Of a stretch of DNA of 57,222 nucleotides, positions 1 through 10,241 are shown piece by piece. The translations under genes were made by a program, and so were the position numbers. Origin of the DNA: a virus (taxonomy: Duplodnaviria > Caudoviricetes); the IMG/VR virus record IMGVR_UViG_3300037307_000076, positions 1 through 57,222 of that record. The stretch is one strand, 5' to 3'. Within the stretch, counting starts at the first letter, position 1. Each line of letters begins with the position of its first letter. Under the pieces are notes generated by a model. The model saw only the letters and a program-made list of their open reading frames with translations. It was not told the DNA's origin and searched no databases.

Positions 1-594
1 ATAGTGTTGGTATCAATCAGAAGAGATCCGAGTACATCTTGAACAGATTCATCGAAGTCGGACACGGCGGCGCTAGTGATAGCGATATTGGTCATTGTGA
101 CTCCTGTCACTCGCCCTTTGGTATCTGTTGTAATGACCGGAACGCTAGATGAGTTGCCATAAGTGCCTGCGGTTCCAACTGCTGGGAGAGTTATCGTTCT
201 ACTCGCAGAGATATCGCCTCCACCCGAAAGACCATCGGATCCTGTGATGCTGACAAGAGTATGATCGATATGCTTATTCACACTCATGTTCAAGAGGTTA
301 TCGTGATTGACTCCTCCTGGTATGACGGCAGCTAAGATTTGATTGTTGACATCATCGTAAGTGAAGTCGATAGATGCCGTGTCGGTGAGCATTCCACCGA
401 CAGCATCTTGCGCCATCTCGTTAGTGTAAGCTCCAGCCATATAGTATGGCAAAGAGTTCCAAGCCGTAACGCCATCTCCTACTTTGAAGTTGGCGTTAGT
501 TAGATCAAGACCTATCTCACGGATTGCGAGAACTGGATTAACACTTACCCAGTTTGCGGCGGTGTCGCCGCCTGAGTTGTACTAGACATGCCAT
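1..594 (-). CDS. Tail fibre/receptor-binding-like protein with Mtd_N-type N-terminus (partial, runs off window; +1 shift at CGG 568-570)
   Basis: ATG at 594 gives MACLVQLR. Skipping one base at CGG gives GDTAANWVSVNPVLAIREIGLDLTNANFKVGDGVTAWNSLPY, the typical Mtd_N motif, and the frame stays open to base 1. Confidence 0.75.
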
Positions 595-845
595 TAGGCT
601 CCTCCTCCATCAATAGTTAGACATGAACCATAATTTTCATCAGCCCTACCACCATCGATATTGCATGGACCCCCACCACCAGATACAGTCAGATCATCTA
701 GTTTTTCAAGACACTTCTGAACGGTATCATCGGTAGGGGCGAGATTCCCGTCGAATCCAGAGGAATCGACGGAAGTCCATTTAGCGCCAATCGCTTCTCC
801 ATCGACAACGAGTCCGGGCTGTTCACCAAGAAAGTCACGAGCCAT
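594..845 (-). CDS. Small virion structural protein (IDGG motifs)
   Basis: MARDFLGEQ...TVQKCLEKLDD...NIDGG...TIDGGGA; TAATG coupling to the next gene. Confidence 0.55.
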   Translation of the reverse strand: MARDFLGEQPGLVVDGEAIGAKWTSVDSSGFDGNLAPTDDTVQKCLEKLDDLTVSGGGGPCNIDGGRADENYGSCLTIDGGGA

Positions 846-1545
846 TAGTTTTTCCCCTTCTGAACCCATTTGGTATAACATCATTTTGATCGATTGCCAT
901 TGTGCATTCTCCGTTTGTTATCCAAATCTTTCCTGTTCGAAATGCAGATATTTTTAATCTACTTTTTTCATTTTCCATTGGATTGTTTTTGCAAAGGAAA
1001 ACTGAACGTGAATATCTTTCTTCAGGACTATAGAATCTTTTTCTTTTTGCGGCAGCCATTCTGATGTTTTCGATAGCCTGCTCGCTAAAGACCACCTTTC
1101 TTCCGGTTCTGCTTTCGCTCATCTTTCTTCGTTCTTCATCGGTATAGTGTTTACCATACATAGGGTTACCTTCACCTTTGAATTTTTCAGAACGACGCAT
1201 TTTTTCTTCTTTTGATAGCAACCAGCCACCGACACATTGGAATTGAGTTTGCGGATCACGAAGATTTAGAAAATCTTCGGATTCTACAATTCTATTGAGT
1301 CTAATGATTATAGATTCCCACTCTTTTGCTTGTTCTATAGTATTAAAGGTATCGGTTACTTCAACGACATCAGGATCTCCAAATTCTTCTCTAAAACGAG
1401 ACACATTTTTTGAACTAGTAAAATACTTTACCCACAAATCATCTGGATGGCATCCTTTAGCCCATCGAGCACCATAATACCACTTATTTTGATCAGACCA
1501 TCCAATCAAATAAGTGTATGGCACCCTATCATCACGCTTCTTCAT
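835..1545 (-). CDS. Free-standing GIY-YIG-like homing endonuclease with NUMOD3 repeats
   Basis: PYTYLIGW..KWYYG..YFTSS N-terminus; NPMYGKHYTDEERRKMS NUMOD3; WITNG C-terminal motif. Confidence 0.8.
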   Translation of the reverse strand: MKKRDDRVPYTYLIGWSDQNKWYYGARWAKGCHPDDLWVKYFTSSKNVSRFREEFGDPDVVEVTDTFNTIEQAKEWESIIIRLNRIVESEDFLNLRDPQTQFQCVGGWLLSKEEKMRRSEKFKGEGNPMYGKHYTDEERRKMSESRTGRKVVFSEQAIENIRMAAAKRKRFYSPEERYSRSVFLCKNNPMENEKSRLKISAFRTGKIWITNGECTMAIDQNDVIPNGFRRGKTNGS

Positions 1546-1550
1546 TCAAC

Positions 1551-2942
1551 TCAACCTATGATCGTCACTCTGTATTGAGCGGAAGTCGGAGCCTTGTTGA
1601 AGCGCAGAGTGATGGTGTTGGTCGAAGTCATTTCGATATCAGGCTCGACAACGGCATAAGGTGAGGCAGTTTGACGAACTTGAACGAGAACATCTCTAGT
1701 ACCTAGATTGTGAGTAATCACAAATACCTTGGCAGAGCCATCACCGATGTCTTCAGAGTACTTGGTAGGGAAGCCTAGATTGGTCTTGGCACCAGCCGCC
1801 GTGGCAGCTCCTGTACCACCATTAGCGACTGTTAAAGGCGTGCCACCCAATTGATTGATATCAATACCGGCAGGTAATACATCGAAGGTAATAACATCAC
1901 CTGTTTGCGTGGCATTGACCGATGTGGTATCGTCTATAGTACGGAATTCGAGAGTAGCACCATTTTTCTGTTTGAACACACTAACCGCACCCGTACCAAC
2001 ATTGGTACCAGTGACCGTACCTGCTTGAGAGAATTGTACCCAGCTAACTGCGGTTGTACCGAGAGTACCACCGGCGTCAACCGTACACAACCAGCCGCTA
2101 TCGGAATTGACTGTTCCTTGTTCGACGAATACATAAGCCGAAACAAGTTCTGCCCAGGTATCCGTATCCGACGCTCTGGTCCATGCACCTGTTTGAACGA
2201 CATAGATACCATTCTCTTCAGGAAGCGTTTGATTCTTGACCAAGACTCTATCACCGGCGACCAACGAGATACCGTCAACATTCAGCGGACCATTGAGGAC
2301 GATATTGCCACTGGCAATTGTCGTCGCAGCCTTAACCGATTGCTTCGGGTCTAGACCTTGGCTTATGCTATCGACGTAGTCTTTATTGGCGGCATCTGTA
2401 CCAGTAACGGGTGTCGCTAGATTGGTGATTAGCTGACCATTCAGGTTGATAGAAGCTGTAGGTACCGCCATCTGATCAAGGCGATTAGTTCTAACTTGCG
2501 TATCGAAATCGCTGATCGTGGATGCCGTTTGAGTGCCCGTGTGATTTGCTCTATTAAGGTAGTAGGTTCCGTGCTGTCCGTCTAACGTATCGGCATCGAG
2601 ACCATTACCTGCTCCCGTATTCAACCAGCCATTATCAATCTTACCGGAACCGTTAGCTAACGGAATCTTATCGGCAGCAGGCGTGGTTTGCGCGTTGGCT
2701 GGGTTTTGAACGACTAGGGATGAAGCATTGAGAGTGGCAACGCCATTAGCTGCTCCAAGTAGAGCGGCATTGACCCAAGTTTCCCAGGCACCATTTAAAT
2801 AGATGTAGATATTGTGGTCAGTCGTATTGCAATAAATCTGACCCTCTATCGGATCTGCGGGTGCAGTACCTGCGTTATGAATGACACCGTTTAGCAGTTC
2901 ATTCTGTGATAGATCAATTGAGGTTAGAAAAGCTCTTGCCAT
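1551..2942 (-). CDS. Virion structural (tail fibre/decoration-like) protein
   Basis: Motifs GLDADTLDG, DAANKDYVD, GDRVLVKNQT..ENGIY, VANGGTGA, ITHNLGT are typical of phage fibre proteins. Confidence 0.75.
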   Translation of the reverse strand: MARAFLTSIDLSQNELLNGVIHNAGTAPADPIEGQIYCNTTDHNIYIYLNGAWETWVNAALLGAANGVATLNASSLVVQNPANAQTTPAADKIPLANGSGKIDNGWLNTGAGNGLDADTLDGQHGTYYLNRANHTGTQTASTISDFDTQVRTNRLDQMAVPTASINLNGQLITNLATPVTGTDAANKDYVDSISQGLDPKQSVKAATTIASGNIVLNGPLNVDGISLVAGDRVLVKNQTLPEENGIYVVQTGAWTRASDTDTWAELVSAYVFVEQGTVNSDSGWLCTVDAGGTLGTTAVSWVQFSQAGTVTGTNVGTGAVSVFKQKNGATLEFRTIDDTTSVNATQTGDVITFDVLPAGIDINQLGGTPLTVANGGTGAATAAGAKTNLGFPTKYSEDIGDGSAKVFVITHNLGTRDVLVQVRQTASPYAVVEPDIEMTSTNTITLRFNKAPTSAQYRVTIIG

Positions 2943-2983
2943 TGTATTATCTCCTAAATTTCATTGTGTCGTGTATTTATGGC

Positions 2984-3202
2984 TCAACGAAGAATTGCTT
3001 TGCCAGAAAAGCCAGCAGTAAAACGGATTGTGATTTGATTGAGTGTATCGTAAGTTACATCCCCTTCAACTTGATTATTGCCGCTGTCAATAACAGTTGC
3101 AACTGGATGACAATTCATGTTGTGCTCTATAACCCATACGGCGACGGGTGTAGATTGAATAAAAATAAACTCAAATCCAGTCGCAATGTCTGTAACTATC
3201 AT
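2984..3202 (-). CDS. Small structural protein
   Basis: FIQSTPVAVWVIEHNMNCHP...FSGKA resembles the C-terminal module of the neighbouring fibre protein. Confidence 0.55.
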   Translation of the reverse strand: MIVTDIATGFEFIFIQSTPVAVWVIEHNMNCHPVATVIDSGNNQVEGDVTYDTLNQITIRFTAGFSGKAILR

Positions 3203-3244
3203 AAGTGAATTTGTCCGATGTGAATTGTCTATAAGCGATTGCAA

Positions 3245-4774
3245 TTAAGCGTAAAGGTGAAGGATGTCTTTCCACATAGGGTCATTGCCCATCTCATCTC
3301 TGACGTTCATGCCTCTTACAAGCTTTCTCAACGAGATGTCGTTCTTGTTTTTACTAGCGCGGATCTCTGCAATGACTTCGTCAATTGCAGCCTGACTTAA
3401 AGTTCTTCCACTCTCTAGTCTAATCTCAGGAGCAATCTTAGCCATGTAGTCTATCATTTCAGCATCTGATGGATCGATCTCGATGATGTAACCATGAGTT
3501 CTAATAGCACCATCAGGGTCAAGCTTATTCATTGCTAGATTGGAGATAAAAATCACTCTGCCTACGAATTCAAAAGAGCTTGGGTAGAGTTGGCTTCCTT
3601 TATCATCGTAAACGGGCTCTTCATAGTTATTTGATAACTTGAGGTAATCTTTCTCGGGGATCATGATACTAGACTTCTTATTCCAAGACATCTTGCGGAC
3701 CTTCTTCGTGTCCGTTGCGGCTTTAATTAGGTTGCGTCCTTCCTGATCAACTAGTGCGCTATCGCAGTCATCGAATAGGACAATGCCAGTCCTATTCTTG
3801 AATAAAGATGTGTAGATGCCATAAGGGCTGGTGCTACCAGTATTCTTAAAGTAGCCATCTCCATCCTGCAATCCCGCCTTAGCAAGTTCTGTCTCGACGG
3901 TTTGGGTTTTGCCCGTGCCGCCGCGTCCTGCAACGAATAGAGCATGGCTGGAACCCTTAATGATTAACTTCATCAGAACCGCAAGGTGCTTGAGTTGCAC
4001 TTCATAGGCGACTTTCTTAACTCCACCCCTCGCTTCAATCTCATTTTCAGCAGTCGTCGGCGCATAAGTCTCTTTCGATCCACCCTTAGATACAGTGACT
4101 TTAGTAGCACCGAGAGCTGACATAATAGTGTCTCTAGAGGATCTTAAATCTTTGATGTCTGCATCTGTTCCAATGAATGTAACGTCCTTTCCTTCCTTGC
4201 TAAAGAGTGTGCTATATGGATGGGTTCCTCTTAGATATCCCACGATCTTGCTTACGCCTTGTCCATAGTTGGTGTGGATTTGAACAACAGGTACCTTAGT
4301 GTTAGGCTTGAGCTCTCTCATAACGAGTTCAAAAGGATCAATGTCACCTGCGGTAGCTTCAATGATAAGCTCTTCATAGATTGTATCGGAAGGAATAGCA
4401 TAGAACACGCCAGAGGTAAATGGTTTTTCAATGAAATCGATGATGGCGGGCAAGATTTTGACTAGACTAGTTTGCTTGTCAAAAGCGAGATTCCATTGTG
4501 GATCCCTGCTTGTGCCGTCCCATAGATCGACTGAATCAAGGTTCATCGAATTGATGTTAGAGCTCTTCCAATTGAATCGAATGCTCTTTACTCCGCTGTA
4601 GATATACCTTACACCCCAACCATGTCCTGTGGAATTAGTGTATTCTTCAACGCTAGGCATTTGATAGAGTTTCCCATCCAACTTTTTGCTGAGATAGGAT
4701 TGGATAATCTTACTTACGGTTTCAATTACGCTTGTGCTTACTGCCTCAGTAAGCCATTTTGAGAATTTTTCCAT
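3245..4774 (-). CDS. P-loop (AAA-like) ATPase with N-terminal extension
   Basis: Walker A GRGGTGKT, Walker B VLFDDCD; N-terminus MEKFSKWLTEA. Confidence 0.75.
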   Translation of the reverse strand: MEKFSKWLTEAVSTSVIETVSKIIQSYLSKKLDGKLYQMPSVEEYTNSTGHGWGVRYIYSGVKSIRFNWKSSNINSMNLDSVDLWDGTSRDPQWNLAFDKQTSLVKILPAIIDFIEKPFTSGVFYAIPSDTIYEELIIEATAGDIDPFELVMRELKPNTKVPVVQIHTNYGQGVSKIVGYLRGTHPYSTLFSKEGKDVTFIGTDADIKDLRSSRDTIMSALGATKVTVSKGGSKETYAPTTAENEIEARGGVKKVAYEVQLKHLAVLMKLIIKGSSHALFVAGRGGTGKTQTVETELAKAGLQDGDGYFKNTGSTSPYGIYTSLFKNRTGIVLFDDCDSALVDQEGRNLIKAATDTKKVRKMSWNKKSSIMIPEKDYLKLSNNYEEPVYDDKGSQLYPSSFEFVGRVIFISNLAMNKLDPDGAIRTHGYIIEIDPSDAEMIDYMAKIAPEIRLESGRTLSQAAIDEVIAEIRASKNKNDISLRKLVRGMNVRDEMGNDPMWKDILHLYA

Positions 4775-4819
4775 TGTGATCTCCGTTGGTTGTCGGTTAC
4801 TTTAAGTTCACTAGGATGG

Positions 4820-5365
4820 TTACCAAGCATCTTCAAGCATGTTTTTCCATTGTTGGTCTGTCAGCTTGAACAAGTCCTTTATCTTTTCTTCTTTATTGAA
4901 CTGCTTTAGAATAGCATTCGTTAAGTTGGCTCTTAGGCTTCCCTCGTTGTATATTACGGGGAATACCCAGTTCTTCTGAAAATGCCCCATAATAGTACTT
5001 TCATAAAGAGACGGATAATCGAGTTCAGGTAGCTTGAGCTTTGCAGCGTTGGCTTTTAATCCTCTAGCAATCTCTTCGTGCAGTATCTTCCCTGCCCATG
5101 AGTAGACCAAAAATGCTGGAACCATATTGATAACAAAACCTCTAACATACCCCGGTTCAGTGTTGCCTAGAAGTTTATCCATTTCAGGACTTGCGAATGA
5201 CTTGTAATAAGACTGCATGGCCATCTTACCGTGTGGCACCATTTCCCAGAGCATATAGGCTGATTTGGCACCTTTAACATACGATTTATATGGCAGTTTG
5301 ACATCTTTTGCCGAGTTGGCGTCTTCGACGAGTATGGTAGCGAGCTGTTTCATGATAATCCCCAA
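4820..5365 (-). CDS. Hypothetical protein
   Basis: 181-aa ORF downstream of a CATAAATA late-promoter-like site. Confidence 0.6.
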   Translation of the reverse strand: MGIIMKQLATILVEDANSAKDVKLPYKSYVKGAKSAYMLWEMVPHGKMAMQSYYKSFASPEMDKLLGNTEPGYVRGFVINMVPAFLVYSWAGKILHEEIARGLKANAAKLKLPELDYPSLYESTIMGHFQKNWVFPVIYNEGSLRANLTNAILKQFNKEEKIKDLFKLTDQQWKNMLEDAW

Positions 5366-5388
5366 TAGTTCAGTTCATATATTTATGT

Positions 5389-5417
5389 CAAAAAAAAAGC
5401 CCCTTGCGGGGCTCTTT
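5389..5417 (-). terminator. Rho-independent terminator
   Basis: AGCCCC-TTGC-GGGGCT hairpin followed by a T run on the minus strand. Confidence 0.8.
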
Positions 5418-5429
5418 GTGTGCTTAGGG

Positions 5430-5663
5430 TTAAATGATCTCTTTGAGTGTTTTTTCGAGATTGCTTTCTAAATCGTCACAGAAGATATTGTTAATCTGTT
5501 TGGGTGGTGCGAATCTTGTAAAATCAACAATTTTTATTGAAAACAGTTCGTCATCGTTGATCACTCGTACGACATAGTTGTTGATACGGATAGACCTATT
5601 ATCATCAATGGTTCCATTGAAACGAACGCAGACCGAATCAATCAGTTTTGTTACCCAACTCAT
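5430..5663 (-). CDS. Hypothetical protein
   Basis: 77-aa ORF with AGGAG RBS. Confidence 0.55.
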   Translation of the reverse strand: MSWVTKLIDSVCVRFNGTIDDNRSIRINNYVVRVINDDELFSIKIVDFTRFAPPKQINNIFCDDLESNLEKTLKEII

Positions 5664-5698
5664 GACATTTCTCCTAGTTTGTGGAAAAAGTATTTAGC

Positions 5699-6313
5699 TC
5701 AGAAGGGTATGTTTTCTTCGTTTATCATGTAATAGATTTCATTGAGTTTAGCGACTTCCATAGCTGCATCGTGCAAACAGTTATGGGCAACAAAATTATC
5801 TATCTTTCCAAGCTTGAGTTCATACTTCCCATCATCTGTACCCGTCAGAATATCGATGTAGGTTCTGGTGTCACGAATCTTCCAAGCGTTGAATGGCAGC
5901 GTAAGATTAGTACAGTCTTCATAGAAGTGCTCTAACTTGGGGAAGTCGAAGTACGTTCCTCTTGCCCATACGTAAGACTTTTTATAGTTGTAACCACTCT
6001 CACCGATAAATTTGCTCAATTTAGTCAAACCTTCTACCACAGTCATATCGTTAGGGCTGGGCTTTAGATTGGCATTGCGAGCTTCTTTGCTCTGTTGCTT
6101 CCACCACTCTACAGTAGATATTGAAATGGAACGATGGAACGATTTAATCTGCTCTTCCACATCAAACTTGATCATTATTCCTTTGCTAAGAAAAGACGCA
6201 AAGTAGTTATGATCTTCCAGAGTGAATGGTACACAAGCAATCGACAGGATAACTGCATTTTCCCTTTTGCCGAGGGTCTCAGTATCAAACATAAGATGGA
6301 CAAGATTAGCCAT
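5699..6313 (-). CDS. dexA: 3'-5' exonuclease (DexA-like, DEDDh)
   Basis: HLMFDTETLG, WARGTYFDFP, IRDTRT, HNCLHDAA. Confidence 0.8.
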   Translation of the reverse strand: MANLVHLMFDTETLGKRENAVILSIACVPFTLEDHNYFASFLSKGIMIKFDVEEQIKSFHRSISISTVEWWKQQSKEARNANLKPSPNDMTVVEGLTKLSKFIGESGYNYKKSYVWARGTYFDFPKLEHFYEDCTNLTLPFNAWKIRDTRTYIDILTGTDDGKYELKLGKIDNFVAHNCLHDAAMEVAKLNEIYYMINEENIPF

Positions 6314-6722
6314 TGAGAACCTCCACGGATGGATGAATGTTTTCGGATTGCAATACAGCAAAGCTCTGAGTTTGCTTGTATAATGAAAGAATCTCCGATT
6401 TAATTTCTGGTTTACCCGCATACCATTCATCTATGTTGGCTGCCATTGCTTCGATAAGTTCACTGCTGATCTTCATAAAAAGCTTTTCAAAATAGTCTGA
6501 AACAGTCTCTACTGTTCCGAAGATTATATCGTCTTCAAATACGTTGCTTTTGAAAGTCCCAACCCATGTCTTGCAAGCAATATCGGCAAAGTCGTTATCA
6601 TCAGTCGAAAGTTGCTGGTTGAACGCTATAGTGACCGTCACTTTTTCACAGGAACACCTGGCATTGAACGCATCTATAGCACGTTTGAATATCTGCAATT
6701 TATAGTATAATGATGGTGTCAT
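6306..6722 (-). CDS. Hypothetical protein
   Basis: ORF between gp32 and dexA; start taken at MTPSL. Confidence 0.5.
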   Translation of the reverse strand: MTPSLYYKLQIFKRAIDAFNARCSCEKVTVTIAFNQQLSTDDNDFADIACKTWVGTFKSNVFEDDIIFGTVETVSDYFEKLFMKISSELIEAMAANIDEWYAGKPEIKSEILSLYKQTQSFAVLQSENIHPSVEVLNG

Positions 6723-6751
6723 GATAGATGGGGCATCCCTGCCCCGCCTCC

Positions 6752-7666
6752 TCATTCGTCTAGCAGAGTGCTGAACAGTTTAAAGTCATCGTCGTCATCG
6801 ACTGAGGCTTTGGCTGTTTCTGTTTTGGGAGTCTTCTGAGACTTCTGAGACTTCTGTGGCTTAGGTACTTCTGGCGCAGAAACGTCGTCCTTTTCGTCCT
6901 CTTCGTCCTCTTCACTCTTAGCTAATTGGGCTGGCGCTGCATTGATCGCGAGCAAGAATTTCTTCTTGATATCAGCGTAGGGCTTGAACTGTTTCTGGTC
7001 AAGGAACTCGCTGAGATCGTATTCGCTCTTCCAGACTTTTTCCATCGCCGCATCATCAGAGAACAGAGGTTCGCAATCGCCGAACTCGCTCTTGTCGTAG
7101 TTACGGAAACCCTCGACATTGCGAATCTTCAACTTGAATGAGGCACCTTCCCAGAAGTCGAACGGATTGAACGACTGCTCATCTTCAAACTCAGGCTCAA
7201 TCGCGTTCATAAGTTTTGTGAAGATCTTGTTGCCATACCTGTAAAGAAATACCTTACCTTCGTTCTGCGGGCGCTTAGAGTCGCTGAGAACAATGATATT
7301 GCTGATATAACGAGTCTGGCGCTTACGCTTACGAGCAAGGTCTTGACTTTCTTTAGAGCCTGATTCCCAAAGCACATTGTTGGCTTCGCAGACAGGGCAC
7401 TGTTGGTCGATAGTTGTCGGGCAGTTCTCGATGAACCACTTTGTTCCGGTTTTGAATCCATGGCTAAAGGTCTTGACAAAGGGAATCTCGGCTCCCTCTA
7501 TGGCGGGCAGGAATCGAATGATGGCAAAGCCACTGCCTGACTTATCGATGTCAGGCTCCCAGAAGCGATTATCTTCGTAGCTTCCACCCTTACTCTCCTG
7601 GCTCATCTTCTCGGCAAGTTGTTTAAAACTAGTCTTACTGCTTTTCTTGAGTTGTGCAAATGACAT
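6752..7666 (-). CDS. 32: Single-stranded DNA-binding protein gp32
   Basis: AIIRFLP, WFIENCPTT..CPVCE, NPFDFWEGASFKLKIR, NYDKSEF, acidic tail. Confidence 0.95.
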   Translation of the reverse strand: MSFAQLKKSSKTSFKQLAEKMSQESKGGSYEDNRFWEPDIDKSGSGFAIIRFLPAIEGAEIPFVKTFSHGFKTGTKWFIENCPTTIDQQCPVCEANNVLWESGSKESQDLARKRKRQTRYISNIIVLSDSKRPQNEGKVFLYRYGNKIFTKLMNAIEPEFEDEQSFNPFDFWEGASFKLKIRNVEGFRNYDKSEFGDCEPLFSDDAAMEKVWKSEYDLSEFLDQKQFKPYADIKKKFLLAINAAPAQLAKSEEDEEDEKDDVSAPEVPKPQKSQKSQKTPKTETAKASVDDDDDFKLFSTLLDE

Positions 7667-7694
7667 AATGTTCTCCTAATTGTGTGCTCGTGTG

Positions 7695-8312
7695 CTAGGC
7701 ACTAATATGAGCTAAGTTCTGGAATGAATTGTGAAGTCTGTCATACCTATTATTTGCTATGTGAAGCAGATACTTGTACTTATGCAGTTGAAGCCTCCTT
7801 ATTTTGAGCAGTGGGTGGAGTGGAAACCACACGTCGGTGAAATTTGTGAAATGGTTTATAACCGTAAGTGTTTCAAACGATACACCTAAGGTTTGTGCAT
7901 CTTGTACTAGTATAGGTGATTTTGTTGCTGACGTCAAGAGGATGGATTGCAGCGTAAGTCTTTTGTCGATGAGATAAAATTCTATCTTTTCTACGTCACT
8001 GTGGAACAAGCTCTCTAAACCAGACACTCGTTTCACCCTGTCATTATGGAATTGGCTTACTTCGGAGTCAAAGATATCGCCAATCCATATCTCGTTGTTG
8101 AATAAAAAAGCACTAACCAGACACTCGATTCTCGCATCACGATCAGCAATGACTTTTTCAAGTTTCTGGAAGAAGATTCTATCCTTTCTCTTTTCAAAGG
8201 AAGAAACTTTCAAACGAGTGTAATTGGCATTTGGATTCCAAATCCACTCAAAGTCTTTGAAGTGCTTTTTAAGATAGACGTAGTCCACATAGGTTCTGAA
8301 ACCTGGCATCAT
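7695..8312 (-). CDS. 59: Helicase loader gp59
   Basis: YVYLKKHF, SFEKRKDRIFFQKL, WIGD; T4 synteny 33-59-32. Confidence 0.85.
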   Translation of the reverse strand: MMPGFRTYVDYVYLKKHFKDFEWIWNPNANYTRLKVSSFEKRKDRIFFQKLEKVIADRDARIECLVSAFLFNNEIWIGDIFDSEVSQFHNDRVKRVSGLESLFHSDVEKIEFYLIDKRLTLQSILLTSATKSPILVQDAQTLGVSFETLTVINHFTNFTDVWFPLHPLLKIRRLQLHKYKYLLHIANNRYDRLHNSFQNLAHISA

Positions 8313-8317
8313 AATGG

Positions 8318-8554
8318 TTACTCAAAAGGTAATTGTTTAACGGCTACTCCTGAATTTTTCTTGCAAATCATTCGTTCGTCGATTGCACTTTGTTTGACTC
8401 GGTCAATAGTGAGTATATCTAACTGTTTGACCAAGTCCTCAGGATCGAGCTCATTCTTCTTACAGAGCTCGATACACGCATCAAAGAAGCTGCAATTTAG
8501 CTTTTCTGAGATCTCAGCCAAGGCGGCGTGCAAGCGTTCACTTTGTTTGCTCAT
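8318..8554 (-). CDS. 33: Late promoter transcription coactivator gp33
   Basis: FFDACIELCKKNELDPE..., C-terminal LPFE clamp-binding tail; synteny. Confidence 0.75.
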   Translation of the reverse strand: MSKQSERLHAALAEISEKLNCSFFDACIELCKKNELDPEDLVKQLDILTIDRVKQSAIDERMICKKNSGVAVKQLPFE

Positions 8555-8783
8555 TAGCTCTACCGATAAACTCGTCATCCCTATATGCAACGATAGTGCC
8601 AGCCTCTATCTGCTGTTTAAACAGTGCGACTGAGTACTGATTCTTTGTAGTTACCGTATTTAAATCTTGGTCAAGGATGTCAAGAATCATTGTATCTTCG
8701 TCAGGTGAATACGAGTAGATGTTGTAAACATACTCACCATCATTTGATTTGAGGATCAAGCCTTGCTTCAATTCGATAGACAT
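8538..8783 (-). CDS. Hypothetical protein
   Basis: 81-aa ORF with GAGGTG RBS. Confidence 0.5.
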   Translation of the reverse strand: MSIELKQGLILKSNDGEYVYNIYSYSPDEDTMILDILDQDLNTVTTKNQYSVALFKQQIEAGTIVAYRDDEFIGRANEQTK

Positions 8784-8921
8784 GGCATCACCTCATAGCC
8801 CAAACTTGTCAAGATCAATCACTCGATCAAGATACCCACACTTTGCAACGATGAATCCACCAGCAAAACCGAGGGCAATGAAAACAACGGCTGTAATCAA
8901 AATCATAAATCACCTCATTAG

Positions 8922-9173
8922 TTATACGTTGACGTTTGAACCGGGGTTCTTCTCTTTGATACACTTCAGTAATCCTTTAAAATCATCCGGAACTGGATGG
9001 CGTCCTAGACTGTACGAGTCACCAAACAGCGGAGAACTGGTGATGATTTGCTGTACAGTAAATTTTTTGCAATAGGGACAAGGTTCAACGGTGGGCACAT
9101 CATTCTGACCAATTCTGAGAATTAGATCGAACATTTGTCCGCACTGGTTACATCTATAAGAAAACGTTGGCAT
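8922..9173 (-). CDS. FmdB-family zinc-ribbon protein
   Basis: MPTFSYRCNQCG...CPYC. Confidence 0.85.
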   Translation of the reverse strand: MPTFSYRCNQCGQMFDLILRIGQNDVPTVEPCPYCKKFTVQQIITSSPLFGDSYSLGRHPVPDDFKGLLKCIKEKNPGSNVNV

Positions 9174-9385
9174 TATGTTTTGACCTCTTCAATCCTAACG
9201 TAATTCGTCTTTGTGGTAAACATCTGAACTCTATTGTGATAACGAACAATGGAGTAAAGGAACGAGATGTAGATATTGCGTATCATATCCAGCACAATGT
9301 AACCAAGTTGGACTATGAACTCTATGAGGAAAATCGCAAAGCTGATTGCTGAAATAATGATACGCTTCATCTTAAAACCCGCCAC
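9173..9385 (-). CDS. Small membrane protein
   Basis: Hydrophobic N-terminal stretch; translationally coupled. Confidence 0.45.
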   Translation of the reverse strand: MAGFKMKRIIISAISFAIFLIEFIVQLGYIVLDMIRNIYISFLYSIVRYHNRVQMFTTKTNYVRIEEVKT

Positions 9386-10241
9386 GTTCCAAAACTTTTC
9401 TAAGCTTATGCTTGACCAAATAGTTGAACGCGCTCATCTTGGGACGGGTGCAGTTATCCCATTGCTCTCTGATTCTTTGGACAACATCGCTGGGAATTTG
9501 TTGCAAGTCTATCAGAGTCCTGTTCCTTTGGAAGTTCTGTAGCATTGTGGGCGTTTGACAGAACGCCTCAGGATTACTAAACCCACCCTTGTTCTCCCAT
9601 TCCAATATAGACGAGGCTCGAATAGGTTTACTTCGCTTGCCTTTGACTAAGAAGACATCATCGTCGCTGAAGATATTAGGCACGCCATCACCAGAGTCTC
9701 CTCTAATCACATGCTGGAAAAGGCTATAATCATTGGTCGCGGAATTGATAAACTTTTTGTGGTGCGGACTCCACTGCTTTACTTTAGAGCAGATACTTTC
9801 CTGAATCTGGATAAGATCCTTATCGCTGGAAACGATGACGATCTCTTTCTCATGGGGACAATTTAGCTTACAAAGCACTGCGATAACATCATCCGCCTCA
9901 CAGCCATTGACTTCCATTAACCTAAAAGGCAACTCGGTCTTGATCTCCATCTTGATTTGGTTGAAGTGCTCGAAGAACGTGCTCCAATCGAAGTCTGACT
10001 CTTCGTGTGCCTTCTTTCGATTCTGCTTGTAATTGGGGAAGATCGCTTTACGCCAATACCCATGACCGTCAAGACACAAGATCATATCATCAAGACCCGC
10101 GTTAAATTTTGCTTTATACGATAAGATATTATTGAGTGTAATGTTCCTGAGTAATGGTAACTCTATCAAATCGTTGGTTTGACTGTTATATTCGATTGCA
10201 CTCGAAATTACAATTTGCGAAAAGTCCAATAGAAGCATCAT
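9372..10241 (-). CDS. rnh: T4-type RNase H (5'-3' exonuclease)
   Basis: LLDFSQI, YWRK..YKQNRKK, EADDVIA, SSDKDL, GDSGDGVPN. Confidence 0.93.
   Translation of the reverse strand: MMLLLDFSQIVISSAIEYNSQTNDLIELPLLRNITLNNILSYKAKFNAGLDDMILCLDGHGYWRKAIFPNYKQNRKKAHEESDFDWSTFFEHFNQIKMEIKTELPFRLMEVNGCEADDVIAVLCKLNCPHEKEIVIVSSDKDLIQIQESICSKVKQWSPHHKKFINSATNDYSLFQHVIRGDSGDGVPNIFSDDDVFLVKGKRSKPIRASSILEWENKGGFSNPEAFCQTPTMLQNFQRNRTLIDLQQIPSDVVQRIREQWDNCTRPKMSAFNYLVKHKLRKVLERGGF

Noticed and set aside
3203-6755. In-frame CGG in the ORF-track N-termini of 2984..3244 and 6306..6755 as counter-examples
   Set aside because: Both lie upstream of the more plausible starts (3202 and 6722), one inside an intergenic hairpin, so they are probably untranslated.
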